From Eledone cirrhosa (taxonomy: Eukaryota), in assembly GCA_964016885.1 (NCBI GenBank), contig OZ024742.1:15190001-15254000 (forward strand): a stretch of DNA of 64,000 nt, written 5' to 3'. The notes under the pieces were generated by a model. That model saw nothing but the letters and a program-made list of their open reading frames with translations. It was not told the origin of the DNA and searched no databases. The position numbers were made by a program, and so were the translations under genes. This document shows, piece after piece, positions 55,070 to 64,000 of the stretch; position 1 is the first letter of the stretch; each line of letters begins with the position of its first letter.

Positions 55070-55720
55070 TTAACCCTTTCATTACCATATTTCTCATGAA
55101 ATACATGTATTTGAATTAATTAATGAAAAATTTGGAGGAATTTACTAAAATTATTCAAATATTTACTATTATGAGAGTGTCTGTGACATAATTTAACAAA
55201 ACGTTATATCAAATTATGTTGTTATCAAAAAGGTTTGTTATCCAACCATCTTGCTCGGGGGCTACCCCTGGGCCTTCTCCCCATCTCTCACTATAAGCAA
55301 ATGGGGCCCCACTTGCTGGCTGCCCTGGCAGACAGAATACAGAAGGCGTTTCCTGGGAGGATGGGGGAAGGAGACGTGTTGGAAGAGTCATTCCAGCTCA
55401 TGAGGTTCACACCTACGAGAGGCCAACTCCGTGCCGATGGTGAGTAGGGAGGTGATCCTAGGGCCAAGAACACCAGAAGTCTCCACTGCCACGGGCTCAA
55501 CTGCAAACCTGTCGGAGAGTGACTGATATTTGGAAAGTTTATCCTCCTTGGCCTGAAGTGCAGCAGAACCTGGAACCGTTTTGATACGAACCTGGCCTTG
55601 GTTTTTACTAATGAAAATGTTAGTTATTTTATGAAATTTCTCCAAGTTTTTATTATTTTCAAAATCATTTGAAACATAGACTGTGTATTTCATTAGGAAT
55701 GCAGCAATGGGAAAGTTAAA
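55070..55720. mobile_element. Degenerate TTAA-flanked inverted-repeat element enclosing a CRE-like fragment (55240-55575, minus)
   Basis: Imperfect long IRs starting TTAACCCTTTCATTACC and ending GCAATGGGAAAGTTAA; inner part homologous to 45620-45912 (EPVAVETSGVLGP...PGNAFCIL). Confidence 0.55.
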
Positions 55721-55747
55721 CATAATGGAGTCATACACAAAGACAAT

Positions 55748-55869
55748 CAGATAAAGTCAACACATCTTGTGCTGTGTCTCAGACAACCAGATAGTTAACA
55801 CATCTTGTGCTGTGTCTCAGACAACCAGATAGTCAACACATCTTGTGCTGTATCTCAGACGACCAGATA
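55748..55869. repeat. Minisatellite, ~39 bp x3
   Basis: CAGATAGTCAACACATCTTGTGCTGTGTCTCAGACAAC repeated. Confidence 0.9.
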
Positions 55870-56752
55870 AATTCAGCCAATATATATTACATCTAGTTTA
55901 CTGTATAATCTGTTTGGTATGTTCAAATATTCCAAAAATCTATCTCAAGATTTTCATGAAAATGTACTGAACATTTTGTGCAGGTCTGATAAAATTAGAG
56001 ATTAGCTTGGCTCAGTGAATAAATTACACATACAAATATATATAAATACACAACAGATGGGGGGAAAATCATGCTACCTGTTATATTTCAATGTTCTAAA
56101 GGTGTTTAAAAAATACCCAAGCAATTAGAGATGGGTTATTTTTGAGTTAGAAGGCTGCTATTGGTAAGAATGTTCATATTTTGGGGTCACTGATAATTAT
56201 TTTTTATCTCTTGTTTGTAAATAGGGCTCTTCCTAATTTTGAAAATAAATTACTGAGTTGAAATATTTTTTACTTGTATGAAAATTAATAGTTATTAAGA
56301 ATAAATGCAACTGTACATTGTTAACTACCAAAATATTATCACTGTTGAAAATTTTATTTTATTTTTATCTTTTATTTTAAAAAAATAGAATTTGAAATGT
56401 AATTTTTTACCATATTTTTGCATTTTGCTTATTGGCATTGTGAGTTGTAATATTTGTGGCCTTATTTATATTTTGGAAGATGTAAACATTATTGCAAGGA
56501 TGTTCTTTCTTGCAGCATCAACAGATCCTTCTTGTTCTTTTTCCAATTTGAAATTTTACTCATTTCATTTTCTGTTTAAAACTGATATTATTTTGTTTAT
56601 ATTTCATTTAAATGTTAAAAAACACACAAACAAACAACATTTGGATCATGTGAATCTCTTCACCCCTAAAGGTTAGCTCAAATTTAACCGGCATATGAAT
56701 CTCATTTTCTAAAAGATGTTTATTTTGTTGATATATATGGTTGGCTTTGCAG

Positions 56753-56842
56753 ATGGTTACTCAGTCAAATGTTCCACAGGCTGTGACTGCCATATCTGCA
56801 CAGAACATGGCACCTACTACAATGGGAGTTGTTACCACACAG
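56753..56842 (+). CDS. Candidate 90 nt phase-0 coding exon (MVTQSNVPQAVTAISAQNMAPTTMGVVTTQ)
   Basis: TTTGCAG acceptor, CAG|GTTATT donor, open frame, GC-richer island in AT-rich non-repetitive flanks. Confidence 0.6.
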
Positions 56843-57448
56843 GTTATTCTCATTTTTTTTTCTGTCCTCTATATCCTAAATAATAATAATAATCATAATA
56901 ATTAATAATAATAATAATAAAACACCTCACCATTTTCCTGTCACCACAACTGCTTTTTATTTCTTTTCCTGAAGCAAATTAGTTGGACATTATCATTTAG
57001 GATCTTAATTATAATTTCACTGACTGATGATATAAAAATAGTGGGTATAGATTTATTTAGGTAAATAATTTTGTTCCATTTTATTTCAAAACTAAGGTGA
57101 ATTTAAGTTAGACTTATAGTTAGGTTTATAAACTAACATAAATTAAATGTAATCTTTGTAGACTATGTTTATCTATGATTCTAGTTTACTAAACTTAACT
57201 TAAGCTACCATACATTATATACAAATCTCAAATGACTGGTTTTTAATATCACTTTGATTAGGTCAATATATTCAATTCAATCTACTTGAAAATCGCAGTA
57301 AGTTTTGTTAAGCTCTACGATCTTATTTTACAAAGATTTTTTTTTATAAATGAAATTAGAATTAAAAAAAAATACTTATCTAGTTGATATTAGTAACCTG
57401 ACAATTTGTCAGGCTTGTCATATAGCTTGTGACAGTTACATGAGTTAA

Positions 57449-57656
57449 CCCTTTAGCATTTACATTACTTTATATATACTATTGTATTTTCATGGTAAAG
57501 ACTTTATCTCACATAATATCGAATCTATGACATTTTTATATTATTTGTTTTGAGAACAATACCTTAACATCAGTATGAGCAGCTAGTTACAGCCATTTTG
57601 AACAGAAAGAGGTGAGAGAATTCTGGCAGGATGTGGCTATTTTAAATGCTAAAGGG
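57449..57656 (+). mobile_element. Best-preserved TTAA piggyBac-type MITE (208 bp)
   Basis: TTAA|CCCTTTAGCATTTA ... TAAATGCTAAAGGG|TTAA, perfect 14 bp TIRs. Confidence 0.9.
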
Positions 57657-57719
57657 TTAAGCTGTTTGACTATGTGATTGGTATGATATTTCTTTACTTG
57701 GCTCTTATTAGACAGACTT

Positions 57720-57800
57720 GGGATTGGTGTAGATAGGTTTGACCATGAAATTCAAGTATATTATTGGTATTTTATTGGTTCTTGGGTAGCTAAAAAGAGC
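57720..57800 (-). pseudogene. Possible very degenerate Penelope-like RT fragment
   Basis: Minus strand NNILEFHGQTYLHQ resembles PLE RT NN.FEF.G..Y.Q. Confidence 0.35.
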
Positions 57801-58669
57801 TCTTCAATATATGTTTATCTGTTATGTTTCCATCTGAAGTGGTGCCACCAGTAAGCAGATTGGCCAATCTTTGTTGCCTTAGCAACTATTGTAGCTTTGA
57901 TGTTGTATATATAGCATATGTGATACAGCAGCTGGGCCAATGGCAGGGATTCAGGGATTCCAGTTGCAGTAGAAGTTCTCAGAGAAAAAAGGAATTTGTC
58001 TGATGAAATATTTGACCGCTGTAGGTGAGTAGAAACAAGCCCCACAATTGTTGGTTTGTTGTGGTTAGTTTTACTAGCAACAAAAGTTATATGGGGAATA
58101 TTTTTTCATTTGTTTGGGAAAGAAGAATATATTATAATGAAGTGATTAAAAAATATAAAAAAGCATAAAAATATATTTAAAATGTCCTCTGATTTGTTGT
58201 TGACCACAGGGAAAAGGTAATGTTTTGATTTGCTGTGAGTTCCCACCTATAGCATGCCAACAGGTCTGTTGTTTTTCACTTGTAGTGCAATAGTATGTCT
58301 GCCGTTACATGGAGAGAAATAGAGTTGGCAGATAAGATGTATCCAATGGTAAGGCACTGAATGATTTTTGGGTTCCCTTTTGCTAGTGGGAACCAATTTA
58401 TTCCCGCCTTTTAGCTTTGGTTAATCATTTGCTTCCTTGGTCCCCCTGGTTGGTGAAGGTTGTCATATCAATCATTGGCACTGTCAGGAAATTCCTACAA
58501 ACAATCCCCATTTTTATTTATTTAAGATACTTTCATTATTTCATTCAACATCTGTTTATTATTATTTTATAAGGATTAACTGTTTGCTGGAGGCTACAAT
58601 AACAGTTATGAACAGCTTTATAACTAGAAACATATTTACATGTGAATATCTGTGTTTGTACAAATGTAA

Positions 58670-58716
58670 AGCCTGATGAAAAATTGGTCCTAATCAACTT
58701 TGAAACATTTGTAGCT
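58670..58716 (+). ncRNA. Minimal type I hammerhead ribozyme
   Basis: AGC-CTGATGA-AAAATTGG TCCTAA TCAACTTT-GAAA-C ATTT G-TA-GCT; all core nucleotides present; GUA triplet; short stem I. Confidence 0.65.
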
Positions 58717-58807
58717 ATTTTTGTAAATCTTGTTCTATATAAAAGGACAGGCAACAGTCACATGAGATTGAATCCTCTCTACATCTTTTACTTTATATAT
58801 ATATATA

Positions 58808-59707
58808 CGAGGTGTGTCAGAAAAGTTCCAGGACTGATGTCACAAAAGATTTATTTCAAACCCAAACTTCACACTAAGAGTTTTCTCCTTTAAAGTAATC
58901 CCGCTGGAGTCTAATGCACTTTTCCATCCTTTTCTGCCACAATTGCATGCATGTCTGCAAGGGATCTTCCGGGATCCTCCGCAGTTCCGTCGTCATGGCC
59001 TTTTTGATGTCGTCCATGTCTTCAAAACGGGTCACCCCCGGGTCGTACTCGAAGATTCATGACTCATCACCGGTGATGACTGTCCCTAGCAAGTCTGGTT
59101 CGGTTTCAAGACCCTCGAGGATGTCCTGGCACACTTGCATGCGTCGACCCTTCTGGTCATCGTTCAGCAGTTTTGGCACCATCTTCGCGCAGACTTTCCG
59201 CATGTCCAAATCTTCAGTGAGAATCTTCCAGACGCTATCCCGATTCATGCCCAGCTCATTTGCCATCAGTCGAACAGTCAGCCGACGATTGCTACGCACC
59301 ATATTCCTGACACGTTCAACGTTGACCTCAGTCCTGGTTGTTGAGGACCTTCCGCTCCTAGGGTCATCTTCCACGTCCTTGCGTCCTTCTTTAAACCTCT
59401 TGCACCACTCAAAAACATGTGAGCGTGACATCGTCTCATCTCCATACACTTGCTGCAGTGGAATTTTCCCCAACCGTACCAGAAACTTCAAGTTTGTTCG
59501 TTGCTGTGTGCTCATTGCTTGACGACCTGAAACAGAGGACATGTATATAAAATTCTGAAGAAAAAAGGTTTGATCGCTGCAGAGAGCTAAGATTACAGTT
59601 ACATACTCCAGGGGGGTTACTTTGAAAGAGAAAATTCTTAGTGTGAAGTTTGGGTTTGAAATAAATCTTTTGTGACATCAGTCCTGGAACTTTTCTGACA
59701 CACTTCG
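58808..59707 (-). mobile_element. Internally deleted mariner with 103 bp inverted termini, TA TSD
   Basis: TA|CGAGGTGTGTCAGAAAAGTTCC ... GGAACTTTTCTGACACACTTCG|TA; transposase QRTNLKFL..DDPRSGR..KMVPKLL..TGDES* joined to C-terminal TRFEDM..RMEKCI..DYFKGENS*. Confidence 0.93.
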
Positions 59708-59758
59708 TATGTAAAAAGTAAACAGAAATAATAAAACAAATGGCACAGTATATGGAAG

Positions 59759-59793
<35 letters not shown>

Positions 59794-59809
59794 AAATTGG
59801 CAATATCAC

Positions 59810-59853
<44 letters not shown>

Positions 59854-59944
59854 ATCGATCAACTTTTGTCAAATCGGACTGAGGAAACAATGTTTTCGTC
59901 GGTCTTTCCAGCTGCTAATGCTATCTATCGGTTGCAACTCCAGG

Positions 59945-60045
59945 TAGAAGGAGCAATGTGAAATAAAGTGTCATCGCCCGGTCCAGGAATGGAACTCACA
60001 ACCTCAAGATTGTGAATTCAATTCTCTAACCACTTAGCTACATGA
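59945..60045 (-). mobile_element. Head fragment of a CORE-type tRNA SINE
   Basis: Minus strand TAGCTAAGTGGTTAGAG...GAGTTCCATTCC...GACACTTTATTTCACATTGCTCC. Confidence 0.7.
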
Positions 60046-60249
60046 CAGAGAGATATAAAAAGGATGTGTTATTAGGTTTGTGGATGAAAAAGAGAAAAAA
60101 AAAAAGTTCAGTCTATTAGATGTTAGTCCTTCATCAGAAGAGTACAATTGTAGATGGATTAGAAAATAAAATATAGAAAAAGAAGGATACGTGTGTGTGT
60201 GTGGGTGGGTGTGTTGTTTTAAATTTTTTGTCTGTATCAGCATATATAC

Positions 60250-60565
60250 TGGTGGAATAAGGCATTGCCGGATAGAATTCTTTGCAGCATTTTTTCTGCT
60301 CTCTGAGTTCAAATCCCGCTAAGATCAATGTTGCCTTTCATCCTTTCGAGGTCGATAAAAATATGTAGCAGTCAAGTACTGGAGCCAGTTCTTCCTCGAT
60401 ATCACTTTCTCACTTTCACTCTCTCTCACTTTTTGTCCTTCTCTGGAAGAAATCTTCTGTGTTCAGACCTGGAGAGGAGATGGGCTCCACCAGGTTTTAA
60501 AAATGCCCTAGAAACACCATATGCCAATATTTCACCCCTACGACTCCATCAGGAGTTACGGGATT
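60250..60565 (+). mobile_element. Second copy of the composite Meta-type SINE, lacking the RTE tail
   Basis: Colinear similarity to 52456-52772 through CAGGAGTTAC. Confidence 0.7.
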
Positions 60566-60671
60566 AAAAGATTGGTGGAATGGTCTATACATTGTTCGTG
60601 AATTCAAATAATTTACCTTACATGTTTTAATATACCAGTAGGAGAAATGTTCTGACAGTATGTGTGTGTGT

Positions 60672-60733
<62 letters not shown>

Positions 60734-60737
<4 letters not shown>

Positions 60738-60963
60738 TTATTAAAATAGCAGATTAAAGTTTAAGCAAAGAATCGCTGCTTTCACCCTTAACGGAATCTT
60801 CTGAAACTCAGAAGATCCCGTAAGGGTGAAAGCAGCGATTCTTTGCTTAAACTTTAATCTGTTATTTTAATAAATATTTGCTCTAGGGTTCTTATATATT
60901 CGATATATATTTGTCCTTATCGAGCCCTCTTTGGATTTTAGTCTTCACATTTATTATTATTAC
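60734..60963. repeat. Fold-back element in (TA)n with hammerhead-like motif at the axis
   Basis: Arms 60734-60804 and 60808-60877, 3 nt loop; CAGAAGA-TCCCGTAAGGGT-GAAA at 60809-60831; ~85 bp unique right tail. Confidence 0.85.
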
Positions 60964-61327
60964 TATATATACATGCGCGTGTGTGTGTTTATATATATAT
61001 ATACTGTACAAGTTGAATAACTACATGGGAACTTTCCCTTCTTTGTTTTCTTCACTGATGCTTGGATTATTTTGTTTCTGTTTTACAGTGTGTTTGATTT
61101 ATTTAATCATTTATGTAATATATATATATAGTTTATATTAAATTTCATACACTTAACTAATATGGTGTTATATCTATAGCAAACGGGTCCCCTCTGCTAT
61201 CGATATAACACCAGATTAGCAGGTTGACCTCAAATTGAATTGGTTCACTATTTTCTATTTTTTTCTATCCTTTATCTTCTATTCTGTTTGGGTTCAATGT
61301 TACCCTGTTACATAATTCTGCAAATAA

Positions 61328-61398
61328 CACCTGATGAAATCGTCTAGTCTTGCATCAGAATCCGATGATGGAGCTGAGCCATTCAAATATGTTTAGTG
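61328..61398 (+). ncRNA. Degenerate hammerhead-like motif with long stem II
   Basis: CAC-CTGATGA...CAAA (for GAAA)...GTG; stem II only partly paired. Confidence 0.35.
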
Positions 61399-61555
61399 CT
61401 TTTGTGGGATTAAAATTCTAAAAGTAAATTTTCCAGTTCAACCTTCTGTTATTCTTTTCATGTGTGTGTGTGTGCACGCTTGCGTATATATATATAAAAA
61501 TAAAATCAAGAAGTGTAAGTCAACAGGTTAAAATTAACTTTGTTTATTCATATTT

Positions 61556-61614
61556 GCTGTTATATATATTTCGGTGATGACTATTATGCAACAGCCATGA
61601 CCTCATCAGACAGC
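61556..61614 (-). ncRNA. Intact minimal type I hammerhead ribozyme
   Basis: Minus strand GCTGT-CTGATGA-GGTCATGGCTGTT GCAT AATAGTCATCACC-GAAA-T ATAT A-TA-ACAGC; perfect stem I, 12 bp stem II with G-U pairs, palindromic loop III, AUA triplet; lies in a ~235 bp unit between (TA)n tracts. Confidence 0.88.
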
Positions 61615-61731
61615 TAGAATTTGAACCGAAAAATCAGAAAAACATAATGATGGAACAAAGTTTACCTCTGTTATTTCGATCTTTTGATATGTCCTGTGTT
61701 AAAGTATGGTGTTTTCTCAAAGCACTAGGGC

Positions 61732-61768
<37 letters not shown>

Positions 61769-61770
61769 TA

Positions 61771-62584
<814 letters not shown>

Positions 62585-62679
62585 ATATATATATATATAT
62601 ATAATTTTTATATTTAACATATATGTGTGTCTGTATGTACATAATATATATATATATGTGTATGCGTGTAAATATAATT

Positions 62680-62930
62680 GTAAAGGATTGGAACAATGAG
62701 TATATAAAAATTATCACAAAATTGTAGGAATCTCAAATATGGAAGTAGATGTAAAAACAGCCTGCTGCTATCATGCATAGCAAACGTTGGGTTAAAATAT
62801 AACCTCATAGGATTGGAAGAATGGTCAGAGAAGGAGGAAGAAAGGGAGATATGTAAATCAATCCAGATATTTCGGTGCCTTTCTTATGTAGATGTTGAAG
62901 ATAGTAAAAATTGGACACAATATTGACCTT
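62680..62930 (+). pseudogene. Possible MULE (Mutator-like) transposase remnant
   Basis: VKTACCYHA*QTLG*NI...GLEEW...ICKSIQIFRCLSYV resembles the C..FH..Q...I...GL motif; multiple stops. Confidence 0.4.
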
Positions 62931-63513
62931 GAATATAAGCTAACTCCCAGATCATCATACTTCTAGACTTATGAAAATATATGATAGGTTAACCCATTTA
63001 CTATCTTATTTGGAAAATAATGAAGAATTTAAACAGATTTAGTAAAGTAAATGTTGGTATGAAGTAGTTGTTTAGAACATAATTTTATAAAATATTCTTG
63101 AAAAAAATTGATGGAAGGTTTTAATTTAATGAGACAGAGGCAGTGAATATAAAATTGATGACATTATCCTGATTGATAATTTTATTTACATAGTTTTGAA
63201 CATTTTAATTAGATATGAGAGAGAGAAAGAGAGAAGTTAATACAGAATTAGTGGCAACCTTAGGTAGATTGGTACCAAAAGGGTTAAGGAAGCTGGGTGT
63301 CTAGTGGAGAGGACAAACTCCTTCTCAGTGAAGTGACTTTTAACATTGTCAACAAATATTTAAATAGAAAAAGAGCAGGCTTCTATGTTTTGCCTCTCCT
63401 GGATGTATTGATTAGCAATATTATTTAGTTCCTTGATTCTCATTGCAAATTTATGATTTGTTATTTGGGAAATTTCTTTGGAGATAACATTGCGGTCTTG
63501 ATTATATATATAT

Positions 63514-63815
63514 ATAATATGGAAAACGAAGAATCAGTGATGCGTCAGATTACAATTGTTTTTCTGGCGAACAGCTCGGGGTGCCATCTGTTTGCGGATC
63601 AAACCTGATTCTGGATTTGCAAGTTCATCAGATACGTCTAGTGCGAATCCAGAATCAGGTTTGATCCACAAACAGATCGCACCTCGAGCTGTTCGCCAGA
63701 GAAACAATTGTAATATGTAATAAATTGTATTCTGACGCATCACTGATTCTTCGTTTTCCATATTATTATAGTCTGCATACCGGCTATGGATGCATCCAAG
63801 CAACCTTACTACAAA
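63514..63815. repeat. Fold-back element in (TA)n with a hammerhead split between spacer and arms
   Basis: Arms 63514-63621 and 63642-63766; CTGATGA on minus at 63625-63631; GAAACAATTGTA-ATATG on plus at 63701-63717; ~50 bp unique tail. Confidence 0.88.
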
Positions 63816-63824
63816 TATATACAT

Positions 63825-63861
<37 letters not shown>

Positions 63862-63864
<3 letters not shown>

Positions 63865-64000
63865 GATAAATCTACCAAGAGTTTACGGTAGTGTCCAATC
63901 CGTATGAAGAACTCAATGTATTCCGGATATCATGGAAAGAAGAGATGTAATGAAAAACCACTTTCGGTGAAAGATAAACGGTATACAGAGTCAAGATAAA
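63862..64000. repeat. Second copy of the 48553 repeat, cut by the window end
   Basis: Same start GTAGATAAATCTACCAA directly after (TA)n. Confidence 0.85.

Noticed and set aside
59865-59915. Minus-strand GAAAACATTGTTTC hammerhead-like half
   Set aside because: No CTGANGA and no convincing stems I or II.

Overview
AT-rich animal genomic DNA; the SINE/LINE repertoire suggests an octopus or other coleoid (inference). Bases 1-23.6 kb are a 55-65 bp tandem satellite (A) with higher-order duplications, ten amplified copies of a ~63 bp RTE tail, and one 5'-truncated RTE LINE whose RT carries an inserted PHD-type zinc finger. Bases 29.6-43.6 kb are a second, self-complementary 43/45 bp satellite (B) holding RTE, CR1 and SINE insertions at family-specific registers. 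Two short phase-0 exon candidates on + (29220-29294, 56753-56842) suggest most of the window is intronic to an unidentified gene. The rest is transposon debris: CORE- and Meta-type tRNA SINEs, TTAA and hAT MITEs, a deleted mariner, CRE-like, MULE-like and Penelope-like fragments. The most notable signal is a set of short, unrelated fold-back elements in (TA)n tracts and about a dozen type I hammerhead ribozyme motifs, three with intact cores. All calls were made by eye; boundaries are approximate and nothing was database-checked.
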